A stretch of 54,998 bases of DNA, the filler included, from Catajapyx aquilonaris (Eukaryota): the NCBI GenBank assembly GCA_000934665.2. It is 2 parts of 2 records of this genome, joined end to end, with 100 filler letters (N's around TTAATTAATTAA, not from the genome) between each part and the next. Parts side by side here need not be neighbours in the genome. Positions count along the whole stretch, not along the records: positions 27,550 to 54,998 come from JYFJ02005057.1; 1 more part is not named here. One strand, written 5' to 3'. This document shows positions 42,926 through 54,998 of the stretch, piece by piece. The notes below the pieces were generated by a model. That model was not told the origin of the DNA and did no database searches. It was given only the letters and a program-made list of their open reading frames with translations. Within the stretch, counting starts at the first letter, position 1. The number at the start of each line of letters is the position of its first letter. Position numbers and translations under genes: made by a program.

Positions 42926-44087
42926 CTGTTTGGCTGGCATGTTGTTGCTTTTAAAAATCAGTTTCTTCCTTAAGTTAATCCTAATTTGAACATGATTTCA
43001 TAATGTTTTTTTATGTGTTTTTGATGCTGGTAGGTATCCAGATAATTTTTCAAGGAAAGCTGATTTCATTGTGCAGCTCACATTTTCTCTTATTTATATT
43101 TTTCAACTTAAATTGATATTGTTGATAGATTGTAATTCTGTGTGACTTTTTAATTATGTACTGCTCACCAAATAAATGCTAGTCACCAGATGGTTTTGAA
43201 ATCATTTCCCTCAACAGCTAGATGATCTAGAAAAAAAACCAAAAGTATATAACCATTCAAATGGAGCCAATGTTCTACAACAAGTAATGATACATGAGCT
43301 ATCTGGCAGCAGTGGCCTTTTTAGCCTAATTTACATACACAACCTTACACAGTCGCATGATCCCACTGAACAAACCTTAATGATCAGAATGGTGTGATAA
43401 AAATTATGAATACCACAATTATTTCATTTCATTCACAATATAAACCCACATGTAAACGCACCTTTAGACCCAATTAGACCTCCCTCTCCGTGAACTCAGG
43501 AGCTCGTTCATCCCTTGTTTTGATCTCTGATTCTTGTACTGGAAAAACAAACACAGGATGCATGAGAGTGACAAAACTTGGAAACCTTCGAGATCCCCGC
43601 ACTATTGAATGAAGAAATACTGAATAAGTTCATTTACACCAATCCCAAGCCTCGGGTTTGCATCCTTTCATCTCATGAGTGTGTTGGGTTACTTTCTCTA
43701 AACTCCAAGTTCAACAACTCGAAATATATGATTGGTGTAGAACTTGATGTAGAGTGGAGCTAGTGAAGTTCTAAGGTCATTTCAATTGAGAAGGATGAGA
43801 CTGAATTGTACATTTTGAAATGTAATGATTGTCAGAGGCATGGTGAAATTGAAGGATGGTACACAAGTCTTCCAGACACAAGTTTGGCAACAGTCCACTC
43901 TTGAATATTCTGTTATGTCTTGTAATCAATTATTGGGAGCCAGTGTGTCTCCCAGGTAGCACTGCATTAATTACATTGTCAACAATAAGGCTAGATAGAT
44001 AGTGAGGAGAATCAACAGGTCAGCAAACCTGTTCCTAAATGCTCTTGAACATCCCACTATCCAGCCAGTGCATAAGTTTCCCCAACC

Positions 44088-44630
44088 ATGTCAAGTGGTG
44101 AGGAGCAGGCTTGTGTCACGACAAGTGCTGATGAAGGCCATAGCAATGAGCCCAGCAGAGAGGCCCACCCACCAATCATCTGGCGTAAGCTGTACTGCTG
44201 CTGCACGTTCGTGTGCATCTCAACACTGATTTTTCAACTACGTACGTAATTCTCTCATCCCCCCCAGGTGGCATAGACTTGTCCTCATTGCTCTTACCAG
44301 AAGAAGATGCAAAGTTCCACCTTAAGACGGATGAGAAACTGATCTGTGTGCAGCAGGCCTGTCTGCAGCAGTTGAAAGAGCAGGTGCGTGTCATCAAGCA
44401 AGGCCTGAGGGCTTATCGGGAAAACCCTTCAAGGGAACAAGGTATGCCAAATGAGCTACACACCTAAACACTCACTGTATGTCTGTGACTTGCCAATATG
44501 ACTGTACTCTTCCATAGGAAAGAGCGTAGATGAGCTCTGCCAGGACTTGCAGGATTTCTCAGCATACATGAGAGAATCTCAGGCAACATTTAAGGAGAAC
44601 CTTGCCAAATTGGCTCAACACACTGAATGA
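44088..44630 (+). CDS. Unassigned 127-aa protein with predicted helical/coiled-coil C-half (gene A1); exons 44088-44184, 44268-44441, 44518-44630
   Basis: Open frame after splicing; same exon structure and phases as paralogue A2 (MSSGEEQA..TSADEG..NEPS / GIDLSSLL.PE / ELCQDLQD). Confidence 0.78.
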
Positions 44631-45441
44631 TGGGGCATATGACCAATGGTTCAAGCTCTTGCCTCACCACTCTCTTCATTGATTTATTCCAGCTCTCATC
44701 TGCTGGAGTACTGCTGATTTAAAATATTTTCAGGCTTGCTTGTTTTAATGGAAGTCAGGTAATTCATTACCGCTACAGCCTTTGCAAAATTATATCTAGG
44801 TGATGCGGTGGATGATGTCTGCAGTTGGATAGCAGCAGCACTGTGTACTGTTCAATGAAACTGACATTAAATCAAATGGACTATTACTGCAATGATTCTA
44901 CCACCAAAAATTATGCTAATCCCACTCCCAATATCAGGGTAATTGTTGCATTGTTAGGGTGACCACATGTCAGAAACTCTATTGTTCACTAAAAAGTTGT
45001 TCAAAGACTGTTTAATCTGCTGCTTTCTGGAAAAATTTATTTTCAACTTGACCAAGTTTTGTATACAAGGTGTTCCAATTGCTCTACAATGTCCATTTTA
45101 CAAATGTGACACTTAAGCTGCTTATTGCTTCATGGATTTACTATTGAGTAGTTACTTTTAACACATCAAAAGCATTCGTTGGTAACATTATGTTCCATGG
45201 GCATATCCTTTATGAAGACTGCAATATTTTCTTCTGTCACGGACATTGTATGCCAAATGCAATTGCAAATGATTATTAATAGGCCTACTGTACCAGTTAC
45301 ACATTAACATTGGTCAATCATACAATAACAAAATAAACTACAAATACAAACTTTGTCCATATACTACAAGTCATGTGCTACCAGCTCATGACCATTACAA
45401 AATAAAAGGTCACAGCTTCATTCATAGGAAGAACCAACAGC

Positions 45442-48400
45442 TCACTTCTGAAAGAGAGCCTTGTGGTGCGGCATGGTCCGGATCCTCCCGTCCTGGCCCA
45501 CTGCCAGAATCTGGAACGTGGTTCTCTGGACGTAGTAAAAGAGCATGGTCTCATCCAAATTTGGGGGAAGGGGGACCCGCACACATTTTGCTGGAGTGAA
45601 CAGGAACTGAAGGGCTTCCTGCACTGTCATCCCTTCTGGCTTGTCCAGTAGCTTCACATACAGACGAGACACCATGTAGGTTACCTCTCGGGTGTTTAGC
45701 TCAGGGCCTCTGTAAATACAGCCCTGGAAACCCCAAGTGCATAAAATTGAAAAAAATATATGAGCCATGGTCCATCACACGACTTGTTTATTTTTTTAAA
45801 TTTTAATACGCTCTCACTAAAAAAGGCAAGGTCATTGGTAAACAGTACAATGAGGTGGAAGCCACAGGGAGAGGGATGAAATTAATGACCTGACCATGCA
45901 ATTACTGTATGTGTCTATCAATATTCTGTACCATTTCAAGACTCGCAAGGTGGCATCCCACGCATGGTGGGCTTGGCATCATGCTCTAGTCACTCACTGC
46001 CACCTTGTCCTCCTCCTGCCTTTGCAAGACCCTTAGAACTCAGGATCTATTGGGCAAAAACCCAAGGCTGCAGTTACACTTTGCTAGCATCCGTCACGGA
46101 CATGTGCCTTGCTTGCCTACCCTTATCTTGCCTTGCATATTACATTTGTTGCTGAGAGCAACAACATATACAGGATTAAATAGCAATATATTTGTTAATG
46201 ACTTCTGAGGGCCAACTACCAAAGACCTAATCCACCCTTTCAATGTTAACAAGATTAGGCAAACAAGAAAGATGTTGACATGGCACTCACCTCTACCAGG
46301 TAACGAAACTTGGCACCCTCCTCCTTGTCAGCAGGTTGCATGGGATGATATGGGTATGCAGAAGACACGTGGGCAACAGGATGCTGCTGCTTGGTACTGT
46401 GTTTGACCAGTCGCTTTCTAGAAACACTTTTCAGGACGTCTCGAGTTTTTGGCTACAATGACAAGCAAAATGGCACATGTCATTATTGGGATAGGGAACA
46501 TGGATGCCAAATGTACCAGAATTATGGTATAAGCAGTAAGCTGTCAGAAATAAACTGATAAATCAGCAAGGGGGCCTTATCAGATTGGAAGGAAACATAA
46601 GCAGACTGAATATAGGCAGTTAAGAAATAGAGACTATTGCAATTGCACAAGCACACCAAATGTAAAGCAAATAAGTGTCAAGACTAGGGAAGTAGCATGT
46701 TAACATGACACTTGGTGGAGATAGGTCAATATGAGCACAATGAAAATGCATCGCCGCATTAAACTATTTGCATTTGAGAAAAGCGAACGTGTGTGAAGGT
46801 AGCAAGAGCTCTTGCAGGTGACATGGGAATGGAGGCAAACAGGTTGGAAATGCATAATGCTACACAGGGTGTTTCTAAAGTCAATGGACAAATTCATAGG
46901 GGTAATAGTGGGGGACAAGGCAAGTATCTTTCACATAGAAAATTGTGCCTAGAACAGTGGTTTCCAACTGGGGGGTTGCGAGCCTTTGTTCAACTTTTTT
47001 TTGCAATTTCTGTGTAAATGGAACCATTTCTGTGGCCGTACAGAGTGTATGTTTTCTGGAAATGGATCAGTTGTAGTAGGGGCCCGGGGGGGTCGCACAT
47101 TTATGGAAACATGTTTAGGGGGGTCGCAGTTGGTAAAAGGTTGGAAACCACTGGTCTAGAAGTTCCACCTGATGCAGGTGCATCTGTACATGAAATGAAG
47201 TAGGCGAGCAGGCTGTTCAGTTGCTAGGGGCACACCTCTAGCAAACAACAGTGTGATGCTCCCGGGAGAGTTCAAATCATCTCATGGATCAATTGTCGTT
47301 CACTTTACAGTAGTTGCTCTTTCATCTACCACGTTACCTTTACTCTATACCCATAATGCCAATGCATGGTTCCCTTCTTTTATGAGACCCATGTTACATG
47401 CAACGACCACAACTTTCACTGCACATAAGGAAATACCAAGTAGCAACCTCAAGAAGCCAGTGCACATGTTCATGCAGAAACGCCACCTGATGCGCCTTAC
47501 AGTGGGTCAAAGGTGAGGTACTGTACAAGTGGCTGGAAGTAGGTAGCCCCCCTGAAGCAGGAATAATACAAAACAAAGACGGATAAGGGCATTTGAATGG
47601 TTCACCATGTCCCTTGCATCCACTCTTCTGCCAGGCTTTTATTATTAACATTGTTCAAAATTGCTTCCTGCTGCTTGAATGCATGCAGTGCATTGGCACG
47701 CAATGGACAGTTTCACCCATTGGAAAACTCCAGGCATTGTGCAGACAGTGTCAGCAGCTGACAGAATACGTCCAACCAGTTCCTCTGGGAGTGTTTGGAA
47801 TCACCGTACACCAAGGTTCTTGGCTGACCCCCACACAAAAAAATATATGGGGGTCAGATCTGAGTATATAATACAATACACCAACGATCGCCAAATGTGA
47901 CGTCCAGATGTTGGTTAACCTCTATGCCAAAGTGGTTGTGTTCCATCATGTTGGAATCACACACAGCACCTGTGTGCACCAGAACATCTTCCACGAGTTC
48001 TGTACATCTTGCAGGAACAGTCCATCAGTGGTGGCATCAAGTTGCTGGGGAAGCATGAATCACCCCCGTCAATAATAATCGACAATTTGTGTCCACATGT
48101 TCACTGCAAATTTATCTCGGTTATGCTTGGATATGCTCTTCAACCTGATGAATGGGGTGAACCACAGCACAGCTTGCAGGGATGCAAATGTACACCAATA
48201 TCCTGTCGTTGCTCACTGCTAACCTGAACTACTAAATGGCTAACAAACTGACCGGTATCACTAGTTGGACTCGCAGGTACCTAGGAGCCACAACCTGCAG
48301 GTTGCTGTCGCCTTCTGGAGCACAAAGAGGCTCTTCCCTGCTTGATGGCACCGCAGCCACACCATGAAGAAGCTGTTCGTTGCTGATAGTCATCTTAAGA

Positions 48401-48780
48401 GAACCTGGATCACTCTGCAAGGCACAAACCACTTATGACCAACCTGAGTTTGCAAAAGGAAGCAGGGCCACATTTGACTGAGTCTAGGCCAGGTTCAGCT
48501 TAGCACCGCCCAGCACTACAAAAAAGCGGCATGTGAAATTCAAGGGTCACTCTTGACCTTATAAACTAATGTGTGACCATATGAAAGAAGCATTGCAACA
48601 GCTGACCAGTGACACATGCCGGACTGGCAGGCACCTGTCGTCTGCTCCAAACAAAGCACGACTGGTCTCCTTCATTGTCGGCTGCGTTGTTGCAGCAGGA
48701 TGATTCTTGAGGACCTCCTCATGAAGAATGCTCCTCGTCCTCGGCTGCTTTGGCTTGTGGTCGTCCGGACTGTTTTTCTG
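45442..48780 (-). CDS. Paralogue of B1 (gene B2); exons 45723-45442, 46452-46291, 48414-48253 and probably one at about 48780-48600; 5' end unresolved
   Basis: YRGPELNT..KPEGMTV.EAL..PLPP..ML.YY.QRT.FQ; QPA..EEGA; LRVQ(L/V)V; acceptor ttgcttgtcattgtag|cca identical to B1. Confidence 0.72.
46955..47153. mobile_element. hAT MITE, 199 bp
   Basis: 14-bp TIR cagtggtttccaac / gttggaaaccactg; 8-bp TSD gcctagaa/gtctagaa. Confidence 0.9.
47660..48200 (-). mobile_element. Decayed Tc1/mariner-superfamily transposase within a B2 intron
   Basis: Minus-strand pieces FAVNMW, FQHDG, SDLTP..WG..KNL, EELVGRILSAA across frameshifts; cagggtgttt at about 46865 may be its terminus. Confidence 0.6.
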
Positions 48781-49019
48781 CAACAGACAATGTGTGAACC
48801 ACCTTGCATGTACATAAGAGAGGGAAAAACCATCTGATATTCACCATGATGATGTGCCGAATGCAGTTCATGGTCCAGTGGGGCATCGCTGTTGGCACCA
48901 GGGGCGGCCCTTGGGTTCAAACACGAGGAGAGAGGCAAGGAAGCAGCCGACACGAGGACTGACTTGAACTAGTGCTCTCTGGAGACAAAGGAGTTCGAAA
49001 CAAGGTCGATTCAGCTAAT

Positions 49020-49400
49020 ATAGCCAAGATGCAATGTAGCTAATGTATTAGTCGGCCACATGGCCACGGCACCAGGATTTAAATCGGCACGTAACAGAGG
49101 CAGGTGTACATTTTTAGTAAAAAGTTTTTGGACCACGTGGGTTTACAAATTCATTAGCCGTTTTGGCCCCAAATCTAAGAAGAGTTGGCAACAGCGCTGG
49201 ATCAACATGGCAACGTTGTCTCAAGGCGCGCAATTTGACATTATGTTGATGGCGCAAATCGCGTTACTTATTTTCAAGTGCTACCTTTGAAGTGGAAAAA
49301 AAACTGCTTCCACGGTGGGTTTGTCACCTTTTATTTGTTGTTGAGAAGCAGGAGGTCTGTTGTCCGCATGAGCTAATCCGGATTATCTGGAATCCAATGT
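49020..49400. promoter_or_regulatory. Candidate bidirectional promoter between divergent genes B2 and A2
   Basis: Positional inference only, plus CpG-containing motifs (caacatggc, gatggcgc). Confidence 0.3.
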
Positions 49401-49747
49401 TCACCCTTGAGCCTTGAGCACACTTTGTGCTTGGGGCTCTCGAACTCTCCAACCGATTTAGACAGGGAAAGTCCAAGATGTGTCGAAGTGACATACTGTA
49501 TGGTAAACATGGAGATTCTGGCACCATGATTGGGATGATGCGCGGCGGCACCTGGGCGACACATGCCTTCCAGAAACAGGTTTGGGAGTGATCAACACCT
49601 ATTGGCGTCAATTGGCAGCCTGCTTGTCTCCCAGGTTGCACTACAAAGAGTGTAAACAATAAGGCTGGACAGACACACTTTGTTCTACATTCCTGCATAC
49701 CCTGAACGTCAAACTTTCTCCAGCCATTGCATAAGCTTTTGTTAACC

Positions 49748-50293
49748 ATGTCAAGTGATGATGTCCAGGCTGCTGTCCCGACAAGTGCTGACGAGGGCAG
49801 TGGTAATGAGCCCAGCGGAGAGGCCAACGTACCAAGCATCTTGCGTAAGTTGGACTGCTGCTGCATTCCAACAATGATTTTGCGTTTTGCAACCAAGTCT
49901 CACAATTTCTGTCTGATCCCACCCAGGTGGCATCGCCTTGTCCTCATTGCTCTTCCCAGAAGATGCAGCAAAGCTTCTCCTTGTAGGTGAGGCGGACGAG
50001 AAACTGGTCTCGACGCAGCGAGCCTGCGTGGAGCAGTTGTGTGTCATCCAGGAATCCCTGAGGGAGTACCAGGGAAACCCATTCAAGCAACAAGGTTTGC
50101 CAAATCAGCTACACACCTGGAACACTCATTGTTTGTTTCTGTGACTTGCCAACATTGACACGTGTACTCTTCCACAGATAGGAGCCTAGGTGAGCTGCAC
50201 CAGGGCTTGCAGGATATCACAGCAAGCTTGAGAGCAGCTAAGGCAGAATTCACACAGACCCTTGCCAACTTGAATGCTCAACAGACTGAATGA
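49748..50293 (+). CDS. Paralogue of A1, 126 aa (gene A2); exons 49748-49844, 49927-50094, 50178-50293
   Basis: Open frame after splicing; introns and 3' flank (to about 50800) are also homologous to the A1 region. Confidence 0.78.
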
Positions 50294-51399
50294 TGGGACA
50301 CGTGATCAATTGCCTCAGCAAGATCTTCATATTTTGCTATCCAATAAGTTATCTGTGAATGATGAGAACTCACTAGCAAGAGGAATACACCTCAAGCTGT
50401 CGTGTATATTTGCCCTATTATACCAACCAAATGCATTCATTTTCACATTGTGCCTTTCATTCATTCATTTTGGTCCAGCTGGTACTCAAGCAACTACTGG
50501 CCTGCAAATATTGGCATGCTTGCTTGTTGTTATGAAAAGCTGGGCGTAATTTGCATTAACTACACTTACAAAGCCTACATATTAATTCAAATATTTCTAA
50601 GGCATAGTGGATGAGGAATACAGGCTTCAAGTTATATCATTGGGTTTATAGTTCAACTGATCAAATTTTGAGCGCGTATCTGCAATGATTCTATATATAC
50701 AGTACTACCATAACTGCTAATTCTACTCCCAACATCAGGGTAGCTAATATTGTTGCACATTATTAGGGTGACCCGGTGACCTCATGTCAGAAGGCGGACT
50801 ATATTTTGGTTTCTAAAAAAAAGTCAGTGTACTGTATACAATAATGGTCCCAATGTTTGGTCCCCAATATATTCCAAAATTCTCTCTCAAAAAAAAATCC
50901 ATCCAATAGTTTCCCATAGTAACGCCGATGGATAAACAAACTCGTTGCCTTCATAAAAAAAAAGAACGGCTGTTGTTATGATCGGACATGGTTGCCAACA
51001 GCAAAAAAAAAAAGAAAAGGCGCGTTTGTTTACAATCGCTCTCGTTTCCTTGGTTACGGGTGTTCCAAACGAGGCGAATTCGACCCGTTGTCATGGTTTC
51101 GACGTGTAGTTGTTTGTTCCAAAGGCGAGCTTCTCCCATCACTTGCACTCCAGCTGTCGGTCTGGACGGGTGTGCCAGAACTTGTGTCCTCATTCTCGAC
51201 CGGGACCATCCTGCAGAAGGTCCCAGTCGAGTGTCAGCATGTCGAATATTGGGCTCTTACTGCAGCTGTATGACACACAGTCTATTACTATTAGTGCAAT
51301 GTGTCAGGGGAAAGGTTTCTTGATGTATGGTTATCATCTGTTCTTGAATAATTTTGAACCCTCGTATCGAGTCGTCTCTTAATTCGGCGGCGGGCCTGA

Positions 51400-54300
51400 A
51401 CACCCGCAATAGTGCTTCAATCAGGTAATTTGTTCACTGATGTATTTTTGTTATTCGAAATGGATGTATAAGAAGTGTCTCCTCCCGATGATGGGTTAGG
51501 AACAGTGCTGCCTGCAAACACACTGTTGATGATCTGAATTAATGTCGATCACACGGTCATAATTATGTATATTCTTATAGCAACTAAATGTAAGCTGTAA
51601 CTTACGGTTAGTGTCTCTCTAAAATATGAGAAACTGGTTTATCACGAGAAGATGGGCCCCTGCCTTTTTATTACTCCTGTCTTCCCCATTCAGGGGGGAG
51701 AAAAATGGTATTTTGGAACACTCCATCATTCCTAATTTCGGAATTGGATCGGAGCTGTGATGGGTGGTATTTTTTTGGGTCTCCATCATGTCTCAACACC
51801 AAAGGTTCGTGCTAGGGCGGACCGTGGTTGTGATAACTATACTACTGTTATTCTGCTTCTGGAAAATGCATGTCGTGGTGGGTGTGCCTCTGAATGGTTG
51901 TCATGATGTGTCCTCAACTCGGTGTGTTATCTTCGGTATGCCAGCAGTCACTGCACTGTAAGGGTTATGGCATCATGCATGGCAGGAGGTCGTATGTAAA
52001 GCGCGAAAGTCCATTCAGTTCCAATAAATTAGTCCTGTAATGGATGCCGGATCATGGTGTCTATACCTTAAATATCTCTGCTTATATATAGGGTCGGTTA
52101 AAATAATAAGTCGCAAGTATCTTTTCGAGTTGGGTCGCGGGTATAAGAGCAATGATGCATGTTGCATCCGCTGCATTCTCTTACCACAGAGTTCGATTAC
52201 GCATCATAGGATACACAGTCTTACTCTATATTACTTGGAGGCCAGCTATACACTTATTTGTTAGTGTTTGAGTGTTTATGTATACTTGTGTGTTGAAACA
52301 ATGGTTATGCTTTCCAAATCAGGCAGCCCAAGCTGCTTCGGTTGATGTAGGCGGGTCATATATGCATAATACGTGGTACTGAAGATATGGAGAATGTATG
52401 GTACTACATAATTATCATGTAGATACTGTAGAAGGTACCAGATGTTCAGCTATATTCGTGCAGAATGTGGCCCGCCTCTTCACACGAGAATTTATGCAAG
52501 AGGTTGGGGCACAATATTTGCCTAATATGGGGATGTCGTCTGACAAAAACGTATCACAGCGGCCGGAGCAGTAGTGTACATACTGTACAATAATAACAAA
52601 TTCCATTGATATTTTAAATACTAATATGATGGCAAGGTATCTACCATCTTAAGGGTGTTTGTATTGTTTAGGAAAAGTGCGCTGCATATAGACCCATCCA
52701 CTTGCAATCCGTATTTATTATGATCGTACTTTCCCTCAAATTGCCTATAATCGCAGTGCTCTATGCACTGCATATTGCTATCCGTGCAGTCATATAAACC
52801 CGAAATGGAGCAATATCGTCCCTATTCCCTCTATTGGATGAGTGTTTTTCGTTTCAGGCGACCCAGAGGCAAGACAGCTTCATGCGCCTTGATATGTTAG
52901 ACTCAATAATACCTTTCCTCTCACCTGTCTGAGTGGATTGGTATAATATCCATCAAAATTGCCTGTCAACAAGACAACAACCGTATAACTCTGCATGCCA
53001 TCACATGAAATAATGCCTTAGCATGATATCGGTGAGGTTTTCATTCTGCTGGAGAATTGGAGACGATTGTTCTTGCCCTGTGTCTAGTAACGCAGGATCT
53101 TCCTTCCTTTGACACATCAGACGCTCAATAACGTAGCAGTCTTCCACCGGGTTAGTCATATAGGCCTATACCCCCATTTGAAGTACAATAATATTCCGGT
53201 AAGACTATGCATATAGTCTTTACCCCAATCCGAATGTGCTTCCTATATTCTCTTATATGATGATCGATTGTCAATGTCCTAGCCTGTACACAGCACAAGT
53301 TGAATAACATAAAGAGAAGAGATAATACTCTATATTTAACAATAATAAAAAATATATCTGCAGAAATCCCCCACGCCACGTGGAATTTGGGAATATCTAT
53401 AGCCAAGAGTGTAAGGGCAGTTGTTTCCGATTATGAGAGTACCATTATTTGCCTTTCAGGGTCACTGGCACGACTCTATATTACCAGATATTACATATTA
53501 TTACACATGTAAGTTATGCCTTCCACCCCATCAGGTGGTGTTAGTTCTGGTGGCCTTGCATGGCTAGTAGCCTATACATTCGCCATCAAAAATGTGTATG
53601 ATTATTTCCACTAACTGCATGGAAAGGAGTGTATTGGCCCATGATTGTTATGGAACCCGCTTCTTCTTGACATACAAGCATTCCCTCAGCTTGGAGTAGA
53701 TCGAGCAGCAACTTTTTGGCCTGTCCTCTGCCCAGCCTCTGCCTACACGTGCCTTTGGAGGGAAAAGATGCGCACTTTGCTCTTCGAGGGTGGACTTCCT
53801 TGCTATAATGGCCTCCCGGATGTAGTTAGGCCAGGTACGTTGTAGGTATGGTGTATAATACCGTTGATCCGTTCTGTCAAGCATAAGTTGATTCTTTTTG
53901 GGTCGGGCCCCACATTTTTTTGGTCCCGATATTGGGCCTGTCATCTTGTTACAGTATAATTATACTGGACCTGTACTGGACACAGTGGACAGTCGGGCAG
54001 CGACCTCACTTCCAGGCGGCAAGCAGGCGGTAAGTGTCCGAGTGACGTTTCACTTTGGATTCGAAAGATCCATACCGGTCTTATCATCTGTGTGGCAACT
54101 TTTAGAAGGCAGGAATAACCCCTTCTTGTCGATATTACGTAAATATGCGTGGGGTTCACAGCGCCCATTATTCAGATTCAGACGGACATGTTTATCTTAA
54201 TATATGCTTCTTACAAGGTACTGTATAGGTATACCACAACCATTCACGTGCATCATCGGTCAGTAGTGTGTCGCAGAGGTCAGTATGTTGTTGGTATTTA

Positions 54301-54570
54301 TTTAGGGCACCTGCACACGTAGAATATGATTGTGTATGGGCAGAATCGGCAGATATTTCGAGTGGCTCCTTTTGGTTTTCCAGTATTCTGATAGTGTTTT
54401 GGGATGGCGATCTTCATCTAGCGTCTTCTGAGACACTTCTATATAATATATTATAGCTTCGAGAGACGAGTAGCTTTTTGTGTTGCTGCTGGTTCTCACT
54501 GGATGCTCTACGACAGGAACCTGTCGCTTCGAATCACGTCCGTTTTCTGGCTGGTGCTTCTGTGACGTAC
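51400..54570 (-). pseudogene. Heavily decayed coding-like tract, possibly a Gypsy-type LTR element
   Basis: Only weak motifs on the minus strand (LLTDDAREWLW gag-like, ALIPATQLEKIL integrase-N-like); many stops. Confidence 0.25.
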
Positions 54571-54577
54571 CTGGCAC

Positions 54578-54669
<92 letters not shown>

Positions 54670-54720
54670 AGTATAGTAGTAGTATAGTAGTAATATAGTG
54701 ATGATGATGATGATGATTGA
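54578..54720. repeat. (AAT)n microsatellite followed by GTA and GAT triplet runs
   Basis: About 30 AAT units at 54578-54667, then tagtag and gatgat runs. Confidence 0.97.
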
Positions 54721-54998
54721 TATGGTTATGATTAAAGATTATTATAATAGAATATGAGAAATAAATTCGCTCCCATTCCCACGATTGCTAATACAGTCAC
54801 TTACACTTACACATAGGCCTACACATATCTTTATGCGGGATTCTATATAATAATATTATCCCCTTGCTACAAAATAATATACGAGGATTTCCAACTTGGA
54901 AGATCCCTTACCAAAATTTAACATAGCCGCGAGCTTGCCGCTAGGTCGCCAGAAGCTGGCGAGCTCGCCTCAGGATAGCCGCCACGTCGCGGGACCTC

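Noticed and set aside
54478..54687. Poly-Asn ORF
   Set aside because: Translation of the (AAT)n microsatellite

Overview
Eukaryotic (animal, probably arthropod) genomic DNA in two very different halves. They are joined at 27450-27549 by an N gap containing a TTAATTAATTAA linker, so they may not be true neighbours. The left half (1-27449) is a dense mosaic of about 20 fragments from unrelated transposon families: two Transib (RAG1-core-like), Gypsy, two EnSpm/CMC-like, Tc1, mariner, pogo, Harbinger, two hAT, P/THAP9, two LINEs and a solo LTR. It also holds an unknown small ORF family and a homeobox piece. Every fragment I could orient by coding motif lies on the + strand, mostly with abrupt coding-to-coding junctions, which resembles a uni-strand piRNA-cluster-like TE archive. 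The right half (27550-54998) is host gene territory: the 5' five exons of LSD1/KDM1A (-), a head-to-head 8-exon pepsin/cathepsin D-like gene with degenerate catalytic motifs and a GPI-like tail (+), and two pairs of spliced paralogues I could not assign (a winged-helix/LOTUS-like pair and a small coiled-coil pair). It also contains several MITEs and a decayed tract. Family assignments come from motif recognition by eye; no searches were run.
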